From Candidatus Sericytochromatia bacterium (GTDB taxonomy: Bacteria > Cyanobacteriota > Sericytochromatia > S15B-MN24 > VGJW01), in NCBI GenBank assembly GCA_035285865.1, contig JAYKHS010000011.1, positions 92,659-156,658 of the forward strand: a DNA stretch of 64,000 bases, read 5' to 3'. Positions 8,865 to 17,269 of the stretch are shown piece after piece. The number at the start of each line of letters is the position of its first letter. Position 1 is the stretch's first letter. A program made the position numbers and the translations under genes. The notes under the pieces are model-generated. The model saw only the letters and a list, made by a program, of their open reading frames with translations, made no database searches and was not told the DNA's origin.

Positions 8865-11157
8865 GCGTGCTCTCCTCGGCCGGCAGATCCAGCCACTGCT
8901 CTTCCGTTCGCGCCAGATGACGCGGCCGGATCGGATCGGGACACCACTGGATTGGCGGCAACAGCACGTGCCCACCCGAGCCCGCAGAGGCGTCCCAAAC
9001 CAGACGATGGCGGCCTGCGGTAACGTAAGGCAGGCGCACCTCGAAGCTGCCCGATGCCAACTGGCGCACAACCAGATGCCGCTGGCCGAGTCTGACCCGA
9101 GGTGCCCCGCCCCCGGTCCAGGAGGTCCAGAGCAGCCGACCAGCCGGCAATTTTCGCGTGACTTGCCACATCAGCTCCCCGGTGACGCGTCGGCCAGAAT
9201 ACCGAGGCGCATCGGCGTGGCGCAGGGAACCTTCAGGCAGTGGGGTCGCCGGTCGCGAGTCCCCCCGGACATCTGCCTGCCAGACTACCGTGAGGCTGCC
9301 CGAATCCCATCCAGGGGCGCTGCCGACCTCCAACACATGTCGCGCTGGCTTGAGGCGACTGCCGACCAACTGCCAATGACGAGCCCCTCGAGATGGTCGC
9401 CCCGGGCCAAGCGCAACGCCGTCGAGCCAGAGGCCAGGTGGGGCGGCACTCGCGGCCATTGCCGGCACTCGGGCCTGCAGGGCCGCGAGGGCGTTCAGCA
9501 CGGCAGCCGTCTGGACCGGTGTTTCCCAAGCCGGGCCAAGGCGCTGCTGGTCCAGCCAGCGGTAACCCGCAAGCAGGGCACCTGGCTCGACCCCGACGTC
9601 CAGCAGACCCTCCAGGGCCTCGGCCGTCACGGTCACCCCGCCATCCCAGTACAGGAGGCCCGAAGCATTACCCTTTCGACGCGTCCAGAGATGGCGCGCC
9701 GCCTGCGTCGCTCTCGGGTGGCCCCAGGCTTGGGCCGCGCGCAGCACATGCAGCAGGTCCTGTTCACGAGTCCCCTGCGGTGGCGGCCACGATGCGGCGA
9801 ACCACCCGGGCATAGGCACGCCTGAGACCGCAAGCACTTCGGCTTGCAAGGCTCGTCCGGCAAAGTCCCGAGGAGGTGAGGGGAACCGCGGAAGGACCGG
9901 CAACAGTGGCCCGACGAGCGGCTGCATCTGCCCACGGGCAACGGCCTCGAGCTCCCCGGGCTTCCAGCCTGGCGGCACCGTGCCGGGCCAACCTCGAGGC
10001 AAGTCGACCCATGGGAGACGGCGCTTCAATCGAGCAAGCTGCACCACCGTGGCTGCCCGAAGTTCCGGTGTCACCTCGTCAGCGCGAGCAAGCGCCCCGA
10101 GGGCTGGAAGGAAACCACCCCACGGATTCGCCGTAGCCAGTACCTCAAGGCGCAAGGAACCCGGAACGACATCCCCCGGAAAGGCCACCTCGACCCTGGA
10201 CGAACGTCCCGGCGGCAGAACCGCGCGACGTCCGAATCTGCGCCGCTGCCCCTCAACGCGCATCGAACGCTCGGATCGCCAGGACGGCAGCACCCCGTCA
10301 AGGCACCAGGCAAGTCGGTGCTCACCGGCCGCAAGCGCTGGAATCTCCAGGCTACCCGTCAGTCGGGCGAAAGGTGGAATCGTACAGAAGCTCGTGTCAG
10401 CAAGCGGATTAGACCGCAATTCGGCCCCGGCCATGCGAACCGACAGACGAAAGCGCGCGGGATCGGGCCCGGGATTGAGGACGGCCCAGGGCACCAGCGG
10501 GCGTTCCCCGTAACGCACGGCACGCGGTGCCCTGACCGTCACGGAGCAGGTCGCCGCATCCGGTGCTACGGACTTCACGTCTCGGACATCTCCGGCACCG
10601 GCAAACCAGCCCGGTCGAGACCAAGGCCAGCGAAGGACCTGTTCCACCTGACCGGCATCGGCAGAAGGGGGGACAGTGATGCGATCCTCAAGCTGCCCGG
10701 CCCTGAGGCGAAGGTCCCGCGCTCGGCTTGCAGGCGGCCAGGCGATTCGGCCGTCGCGAATCAGGACAACGCCACTTTCTCGCCCCGGAGGCTCGGTCCA
10801 CCACGCAAGCCCTGAGCCGACCGGGGTTCCGTCCACGCGACGCACCCACAAGCCTCCGACAGCAGGATGAACGCGCAAGGTTGCTGTCCGGCGCGCGTCG
10901 GCGCCGATTGGCCAGATTCCCGGGACTCCGGTACCCACCCAGTGCGAGCCGCCCTGCGATCGCAGCAGCTCCGTTCCGGTCGGCAAGCCCCTTAGCACCT
11001 GCCCGGAAAGGACACTCCGCGCGCGCGACTCCCACGACAAGGTGACCGTCTCGCGGGCGGACCATTCGGGAGCGGACGCGAACGCCCAAGTACCCGCCAC
11101 CGTCAGGACCAGAGGGATCACGGCGGCGGCTGGGCGATTGAGGGCTGACTTTGACAC
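8839..11157 (-). CDS. large secreted hypothetical protein (~770 aa)
   Basis: ORF 8839..11316. GTG 11155-11157 gives a canonical signal peptide, VSKSALNRPAAAVIPLVLTVAGTWAFA/SAPEW. Long beta-rich N-half and a helical-repeat-like C-half. No CxEQ thioester motif. The start is uncertain (the ORF maximum is 11316). Confidence 0.6.
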   Translation of the reverse strand: MSKSALNRPAAAVIPLVLTVAGTWAFASAPEWSARETVTLSWESRARSVLSGQVLRGLPTGTELLRSQGGSHWVGTGVPGIWPIGADARRTATLRVHPAVGGLWVRRVDGTPVGSGLAWWTEPPGRESGVVLIRDGRIAWPPASRARDLRLRAGQLEDRITVPPSADAGQVEQVLRWPWSRPGWFAGAGDVRDVKSVAPDAATCSVTVRAPRAVRYGERPLVPWAVLNPGPDPARFRLSVRMAGAELRSNPLADTSFCTIPPFARLTGSLEIPALAAGEHRLAWCLDGVLPSWRSERSMRVEGQRRRFGRRAVLPPGRSSRVEVAFPGDVVPGSLRLEVLATANPWGGFLPALGALARADEVTPELRAATVVQLARLKRRLPWVDLPRGWPGTVPPGWKPGELEAVARGQMQPLVGPLLPVLPRFPSPPRDFAGRALQAEVLAVSGVPMPGWFAASWPPPQGTREQDLLHVLRAAQAWGHPRATQAARHLWTRRKGNASGLLYWDGGVTVTAEALEGLLDVGVEPGALLAGYRWLDQQRLGPAWETPVQTAAVLNALAALQARVPAMAASAAPPGLWLDGVALGPGRPSRGARHWQLVGSRLKPARHVLEVGSAPGWDSGSLTVVWQADVRGDSRPATPLPEGSLRHADAPRYSGRRVTGELMWQVTRKLPAGRLLWTSWTGGGAPRVRLGQRHLVVRQLASGSFEVRLPYVTAGRHRLVWDASAGSGGHVLLPPIQWCPDPIRPRHLARTEEQWLDLPAEESTHALVGTSL

Positions 11158-11636
11158 GGCAGTGGCCAGGGACGCACCACCACCATCGTACGGGAAAGCG
11201 GAGACGATTGGCCCTGCGACCCGGATGCGTGATATCTGGCCTCGAACATCGTGAGTGGCCCGATGCGCCACTCCGTTCCCTCGGTCCAATGCAGCAACCG
11301 ATCGCCCTCGACCCACGCGTCACTCAGACCCGCTTCGGCGGGAGAATGCGACGTGCGACGAACAGCCCCATCCCAACAACCGAGCGCCTCGCCCAGCATG
11401 CCGACGGCACCAGTCGCATCCCCTTCGCCGACCAGCCAGAGTCGGTCGGCCCAACCGTCCACGGGACGACCGCGGGCGTCTCTGCCCGGGACGAAGAGTC
11501 GCCAACCGACAAGGCCCGGTAGCCGGAACTCCAGCACCGGCCACGGGTAGCCCGCAGGTGGGGGAGCCGCACCGACGCGCTCCTCCAGCACCTGGACAGG
11601 GGGGCCGGACACGACGACATGCGGTTCCGCTTGCAT
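11118..11636 (-). CDS. hypothetical protein, divergent from the kinase gene
   Basis: Internal ATG 11634-11636 of ORF 11118..11798. Its 3' end overlaps the next gene's signal-peptide region in another frame. No family recognised. Confidence 0.35.
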   Translation of the reverse strand: MQAEPHVVVSGPPVQVLEERVGAAPPPAGYPWPVLEFRLPGLVGWRLFVPGRDARGRPVDGWADRLWLVGEGDATGAVGMLGEALGCWDGAVRRTSHSPAEAGLSDAWVEGDRLLHWTEGTEWRIGPLTMFEARYHASGSQGQSSPLSRTMVVVRPWPLPCQSQPSIAQPPP

Positions 11637-11785
11637 GCCGCAATCGTGTTGCAAGTCCCGCAACCCGTGGACGGCCGTTCGGAACGAGGGGCCCTGTTCC
11701 CCTCCAACGTGGTTGAACCTTTGCCGCTCCGGGTAGGCCGTGCTAGGATGCCCACTGTTGGCCTTGTGCCATCCTCCACCCGTAG

Positions 11786-14700
11786 ATGATCGAGCCACTG
11801 CCCCACCGTTACCGGGTGATATCCACGCTCGGCCAAGGCGGCATGGGTGTGGTCTACCGGGCCGAAGACACCCAGGATGGCCGCGAGGTTGCGGTCAAGG
11901 TGCTGTCCGCGCCCGAAGACGACGGCGAGGCGCTGTTCGGTTTCCGGCAGGAGTTCCGTACGATGGCGCGCCTGCGTCATCCGCACGCCGTCGAGGTCTA
12001 CGACTTCGGCGAGACTCCCGGCGGCCAATCCTACTATTCGATGGAAGTCGTCGAAGGCAGGGGACTCGACGAGGTCCTGCCGATGCCGGCCGAGACCGTT
12101 CGAGACGTCCTGATTCAGGTGCTCAGGGTCCTGGGCTTCGTCCACGGCCAAGGCCAGGTCCATTGCGACATCAAGCCCGAGAACCTCAGGCTCCGCCATG
12201 ACGGTTCACTGAAGCTGATGGACTTCGGCCTGATGGTCGACGTGGGGTCCTCCGGCTCGACCATTCGCGGAACACTCGCCTACATGGCCCCGGAAGTCGC
12301 GCGTCGCGGCAAGCTTGATGGACGGGCCGACCTCTACTCGCTCGGGGCCGTGGCCTATCACCTGCTCACGGGGCAGGTGCCCTTCCCCGGCGACGACCCC
12401 GTGCTGGTCCTCAAGGCCCATCAGGATGAAGCGCCGCCCGCGCTGCCGGATGACGGAAGCGTCCCCGATGATCTCGTCCAGTTGGTTGATCGCCTCCTGC
12501 AGAAAGATCCACGCCATCGGCCGGCATCGGCTGCCGAAGCGCTCGCCGAGCTGGGCATCCAGACGGATGAGGAGCGCCGCACGCAACTGCTTGGCAGTCC
12601 GCTCGTCGGTCGCGCCACGGAGACTGCCGCCCTCCACGACGCCCTGGCGGGGCTGTCCGAAGGGCGGCCGGGTATCGTGACCATCACGGGCGAGCAGGGC
12701 ATGGGCAAGTCCCGCCTGATCGACGAATTCCGCTTCCACGTCCAGTTGGAAGGCATCACGTACGTGGCCGGCAGTGCCCAGGGCACTGCCGTCCCCTACG
12801 GTCCATTCGCCCAGGTTCTGCGGGCCCTCGTGCCCGTCGTCCCGGCCGGGCTGCTCGATGCCCATCGTGGGGTACTGGCGCGGCTCATGCCCAGCCTTGC
12901 GCTGGAGCGGACGGTGGAGCTCGATCCGGATGAAGAGCAGGTACGGCTGCGTGCGGCGTTCGCGGACCTTCTGGGTCACGCGGCCGAGCGCGGTGTGGTG
13001 CTTGTGCTTGATGACTGGCACGACGCGGACGAGCTGAGCCGCAAGATGCTGGACCACGTCCTGCGCAAGCTGGAGGACGGCCGATCGCTGGTGGTTCTGG
13101 GCGGTCAGCGGCTAGCGGTTCGCGGCAGCCTGCTGGAGCTCAAGGCACTGGATGCCGATGCAACGGGCGAGATGGTCCGGGCCATGCTCGGCACGAACCA
13201 GGTCGACGACGGGTTCGTCTCGGCGTTCCACCAGCTGACGGACGGTCATCCCCTCTTCGCCGAGGCTTCGCTCCATCTGCTTCTCGAGCAGGACCTCCTG
13301 GTCCGGCGCGACGGGGCGTGGACGACTCGGGAACCGCTCGCGGCCCGACACCTGCCCAGCAGCGTGCAGGACCTGCTCAAGGGACAACTGGCGAGCCTCG
13401 GGGCCGATGCCCGCGATCTGGTCCTCGTCATGGCCCTGCTGGGCGAACCGGTTTCGCTCGGCTTGCTGGCCAGGATCCTGAATCTTGACGGCGAATCTCT
13501 GCTCGAGCGCGTGGAGCCACTCCGCGGGCAAGGTATCGTGGGCCAGGATGGCGATACGCTGCGGTTCGTGCAAAGCCAGTACATCCCGCTGCTGCGCGAT
13601 GAGCATCGCGAAGGGGTGGCCGATTGGCACCAGCGCATCGCCGAAGCCTTGCTGCACCAGGCCGGTGGCGATCCCGAGGCCGTGCGGGAAGCCCGGATGG
13701 CAGGCCAGATGGCGCGACACTTCCTTGCCGCCGGTACGGATGCGCGCCGTGTGGTGATCGCCCTGGTAGCCGGCGAGGAGAATCTCAAGCTGTTCGCCCT
13801 GAGCGTGGCTCAGGAGTTTCTGATGGCAGGCCACGCCCTGCTGGGACCGGACAACGACGCCTTGTCGTTGCGTTACCTCTCGGCACTGGCCAATGTCGAG
13901 CGCTATCAGAACCTCACGGTAGAGGCCCTCGATCACGCCCGGCAGGCCTGCGTGCTGGCCGACCGACTCGAACGGCCGGCCGAGGCGGCCAATCTCTCCA
14001 CGTCCATGGCCGTCCTGCACCAGATTCGTGCGGAGTTCGACGAGGCCCTGGCGTGCGTGACACGGGCAGAAGAACTCGCCCAGAAGCACGGTCTCGTCAA
14101 GGAGTGGCTGCGGGCGCTCAAGACGGCCTCTCGTATCCATTACAAGCGGACCGACATCGTGCAGGCCATCGAGACCTGTCGCCGGGCGCTGCCTCTCGAG
14201 CACCTCGAGGGGGGGCCCCACGATGTCTCCGCGCACCAGGCCTTCCTGGGTTTCCTGCACGTGACGAACGAGGTGCCCGGTCTCACGACGCGGGAACGCA
14301 TCGATCTCGGGGTGCGGTACCTCGAGCAGGCAGCCACCTTCCGCCGGACCTCGGGCGACAGGGTCGGACTGGCTGACAGCTTGAACCTGCTGGGCAACGC
14401 CCTCTGGCAGTTAGGTCGATTTGCAGAAGCCACGACGGCCTTCCGCGAGAACCTCGAAGTCACCACCGAACTTGGGGTCACGAACGACGAGGTCTGCGCG
14501 CTGATCAACCTCGCCATTCAGGCTGAGGAACGGGGGCAAGCCGACCAACTTGTCTCTTGGGGACGCGACGCCCTGCGTCGGTCCGAAGAAATTCGCAGCG
14601 ACGACTATGCGTTCATTGCCGGCCACCTGCTGTCCCTGGGACTGGCCCTCGAGGGTCGTGTAGACGAGGCCTTGATCGTCCGTTCCCAGGCGGATGCCAT

Positions 14701-17170
14701 CCTTGATCGGGTCCCCGAAGGCGGGCGGATTTTCCTCGAACTGAACGTCCTGCCGTACGCGGCACAAGCCGACCTGGTCCTCGGTCGGACTTATGGGGCC
14801 CTCCAGGCGGCGAATCGGGCGTGGGAGCATACCGAGGCCACTGGCGTCCGCGAGTTCGAACAGCGAATTCTCGTGCTGCAGGGCGAGGCCTTGGTGCAGT
14901 TGGGAGAGGCAGCCGACGCCCTTGCTCTTTCGCGCCGCGCCAAGGCCATCGGCGAGGAGGTCGGCAGCCCCTCCACGGTGGCCCGTGCAGGCAGAGTCGA
15001 GGCCCAGGCGCTTTGGTCTCTCGGCGGGACCGACGAGGCGGTTGCCCTTCTGGAACCGGCGTGGACTGCTGCGGAAGCGTGCGGAGCAACGGGTGTTGCT
15101 CGGGATGTTGCCGAATTGGGCATCTCCCAGATGGTCGCACTTGGGGACCGCAAGGCCGCGAAACCGTGGCTGGACCGTTTGGAATCACTGGCCGATCTGC
15201 TGCCTGAGGCCGACGCGCAGGCGCGCCTGCAGATGGGCCGGGCAAGGGTTGCAGGGCGAAGCGAGGCCGGTGGCAAAGCTCTGGTTGCTGCTGCCCGATT
15301 GCTCGACGAACTGCTGGCCGGTCAGGATGCTGACCACGTCGAGGACTACATGTCCTTGGAGGTCCGCTGGGCCATCCGCCGGGGGGATCCGACCATCCCG
15401 GTCGTGCTGCGTGCCGACGAGGGGGTATCCGGGGCCGGTGGTGCCGATCTCCAGCGCCGTTACCTTCTGGCGCTCCAGGAAAATCGGACCCTGCAGACCG
15501 AACTCGAGAACGTGACACAGACCCGTGACCAGCTCGAGACGATCGTCGACTTCTCGCGAAAGACCAGTCTCGAGAACAATCTGAACGAGCTCCTGCACCA
15601 GATCATGGACCAGATCGGGAATCTGATCGGGGCCGACAGGGGCTTTCTGCTGTTGGCAGACAGGGATGCCGACGGCAACGTCTACCTGAGGCCCAAGGCC
15701 ACCTACAACATCTCCACTCAGGATCGTCGGCCCCAGACTTGGAAACGACCCGAGACCCTGGCCCGGACGGTCTTCGAGTCCGGACAAACCCTCTACATCG
15801 CCGATGTGCGCGACGGGACGGCCTCCGAAAGCACCCGGAGCGTGCTCGATCTCAATGTGCGGACCGTCCTATGCGTGCCCCTGCCCAGCCTTGATCTGTC
15901 GAACGGTTCATCGGGGCCCGCGATCGGTGTCATCTACTTGGACAGGCAGGCCATAAACAATGCTTTCCAGGAGCGGGACCTGAAGCTGGTGGAGACACTC
16001 GCCTTGCAGGCTTCGCAGGCCATAGACAAGGCTCGCCTCTACAGTTCCGTGACGGACAAGGCCCAGAAACTGGAGCACCTCAACGATCTCGCCAAGGTCG
16101 CCTCGACGACACTGGAGCTGCAGCGCGTTCTGGACGTCGTGGTGCGCAAGACCCTGCAGCATACCAATGCGGAACGCGCCTTCATCTTCCTCAAGGGCCC
16201 GGACGGGGGGCTGGTCTGCGAGCGAGCGATGAACAAGCAGGAGTTCGACATCCAGGACCAGCACGATCAGGTGTCCATGTCGGTCACGACCTCCGTCCTG
16301 CAGTCGGGAGAACCCGCCTGTCTCAGAGACACCCGAAACAATTCGGTCTTCCAGGCCCAGAAGTCGATTCTTGACCTCGACCTCAGGACCGTGATGTGCG
16401 TGCCTTTGCGCCGACCCCAGCCCCCCCAGCAAACCGTTCGCAAGCACGACCAGGACAAGCGGAACCGCATGGCTCCCATGGAGACGCGTGCACCGCGGGA
16501 AGAGTACGTCGGCGTGCTCTATGTAGACTCCAAGGTCGTTGTCGAGGAGTTCTCGGACAAGGATCTTGCCCTGCTGGAATCGATCGCCAGCCTGGCGTCT
16601 TCGGCCATCTACAACGCACAGATGTACAAGCGGGCGACGGAGGACGCGCTCACCGGCCTGTATTTCCGTTCGTACCTCGAGACCCGCATGGAGGAGGAAG
16701 CCCACAGGGCACAACGAACGGGTGGCGAGCTGTCCATTCTCCTTAGTGACATCGACCACTTCAAGCGCTTCAACGACACCTACGGCCACGCCGTAGGCGA
16801 CGACGTCCTGCGTCACGTGGCTCAGACCATCCGCAAGACCATCCGCGAGGACGACGTTGCCTCGCGATTCGGGGGAGAGGAGATGGTCGTGCTCATGCCG
16901 GATACGGGGCCTGCGGGTGCAGCCGTGCTGGCCGAGCGCCTTCGAGCCTCCATCGAGTCGAACCCGCTGCCCGGCTCGGACGGCGAACCGCTCAAGGTCA
17001 CGGTAAGCATTGGCCACGCCTCGCTCCAGCCCGGAGAAGAGCCCAAGCACATGCTGGAGCGGGCAGACCTCGCGATGTACCGTTCCAAGCATGGCGGCAG
17101 GAATCGCGTTTCGGCCGCTGAGGAGCAGAGCAGCGTCAGCGGCGACCCTGCCCCTCAGGGCCATGGCTGA
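11786..17170 (+). CDS. multidomain signalling protein: Ser/Thr protein kinase - AAA/STAND ATPase - TPR-like array - GAF - GAF - GGDEF diguanylate cyclase
   Basis: Kinase motifs: GQGGMGVVY, VAVK, HCDIKPEN, DFG, APE. Walker A is GEQGMGKS (aa 302-309) and Walker B is VLVLDDWHDAD. A helical repeat region of about 550 aa follows, then two GAF-like blocks. The C-terminus is GGDEF with RFGGEEM (16871-16885) and an upstream REDD I-site-like motif. Confidence 0.9.
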   Translation: MIEPLPHRYRVISTLGQGGMGVVYRAEDTQDGREVAVKVLSAPEDDGEALFGFRQEFRTMARLRHPHAVEVYDFGETPGGQSYYSMEVVEGRGLDEVLPMPAETVRDVLIQVLRVLGFVHGQGQVHCDIKPENLRLRHDGSLKLMDFGLMVDVGSSGSTIRGTLAYMAPEVARRGKLDGRADLYSLGAVAYHLLTGQVPFPGDDPVLVLKAHQDEAPPALPDDGSVPDDLVQLVDRLLQKDPRHRPASAAEALAELGIQTDEERRTQLLGSPLVGRATETAALHDALAGLSEGRPGIVTITGEQGMGKSRLIDEFRFHVQLEGITYVAGSAQGTAVPYGPFAQVLRALVPVVPAGLLDAHRGVLARLMPSLALERTVELDPDEEQVRLRAAFADLLGHAAERGVVLVLDDWHDADELSRKMLDHVLRKLEDGRSLVVLGGQRLAVRGSLLELKALDADATGEMVRAMLGTNQVDDGFVSAFHQLTDGHPLFAEASLHLLLEQDLLVRRDGAWTTREPLAARHLPSSVQDLLKGQLASLGADARDLVLVMALLGEPVSLGLLARILNLDGESLLERVEPLRGQGIVGQDGDTLRFVQSQYIPLLRDEHREGVADWHQRIAEALLHQAGGDPEAVREARMAGQMARHFLAAGTDARRVVIALVAGEENLKLFALSVAQEFLMAGHALLGPDNDALSLRYLSALANVERYQNLTVEALDHARQACVLADRLERPAEAANLSTSMAVLHQIRAEFDEALACVTRAEELAQKHGLVKEWLRALKTASRIHYKRTDIVQAIETCRRALPLEHLEGGPHDVSAHQAFLGFLHVTNEVPGLTTRERIDLGVRYLEQAATFRRTSGDRVGLADSLNLLGNALWQLGRFAEATTAFRENLEVTTELGVTNDEVCALINLAIQAEERGQADQLVSWGRDALRRSEEIRSDDYAFIAGHLLSLGLALEGRVDEALIVRSQADAILDRVPEGGRIFLELNVLPYAAQADLVLGRTYGALQAANRAWEHTEATGVREFEQRILVLQGEALVQLGEAADALALSRRAKAIGEEVGSPSTVARAGRVEAQALWSLGGTDEAVALLEPAWTAAEACGATGVARDVAELGISQMVALGDRKAAKPWLDRLESLADLLPEADAQARLQMGRARVAGRSEAGGKALVAAARLLDELLAGQDADHVEDYMSLEVRWAIRRGDPTIPVVLRADEGVSGAGGADLQRRYLLALQENRTLQTELENVTQTRDQLETIVDFSRKTSLENNLNELLHQIMDQIGNLIGADRGFLLLADRDADGNVYLRPKATYNISTQDRRPQTWKRPETLARTVFESGQTLYIADVRDGTASESTRSVLDLNVRTVLCVPLPSLDLSNGSSGPAIGVIYLDRQAINNAFQERDLKLVETLALQASQAIDKARLYSSVTDKAQKLEHLNDLAKVASTTLELQRVLDVVVRKTLQHTNAERAFIFLKGPDGGLVCERAMNKQEFDIQDQHDQVSMSVTTSVLQSGEPACLRDTRNNSVFQAQKSILDLDLRTVMCVPLRRPQPPQQTVRKHDQDKRNRMAPMETRAPREEYVGVLYVDSKVVVEEFSDKDLALLESIASLASSAIYNAQMYKRATEDALTGLYFRSYLETRMEEEAHRAQRTGGELSILLSDIDHFKRFNDTYGHAVGDDVLRHVAQTIRKTIREDDVASRFGGEEMVVLMPDTGPAGAAVLAERLRASIESNPLPGSDGEPLKVTVSIGHASLQPGEEPKHMLERADLAMYRSKHGGRNRVSAAEEQSSVSGDPAPQGHG

Positions 17171-17269
17171 CGCATAGTCCTATCGGCCGGTCTGTTCCCT
17201 GCCCTGTGGTTTTGACTTGTACCTCGCGGGGCAATTTTCCGTTGGGTCCATCTCTGTCGAGGTCATCGC

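Noticed and set aside
8528-9169. 213-aa ORF overlapping the selD start and the end of the large secreted protein
   Set aside because: It is Arg/Ser/Pro-rich and out of frame with two better-supported genes (8544..8864 with an SD, and 8839..11157).
11118-11316. Programmed or accidental frameshift joining ORF 11118..11798 to ORF 8839..11316
   Set aside because: The downstream frame begins with an autonomous positively charged n-region, hydrophobic core and AFA/S signal peptide. That fits a separate gene start, and I noted no slippery heptamer.
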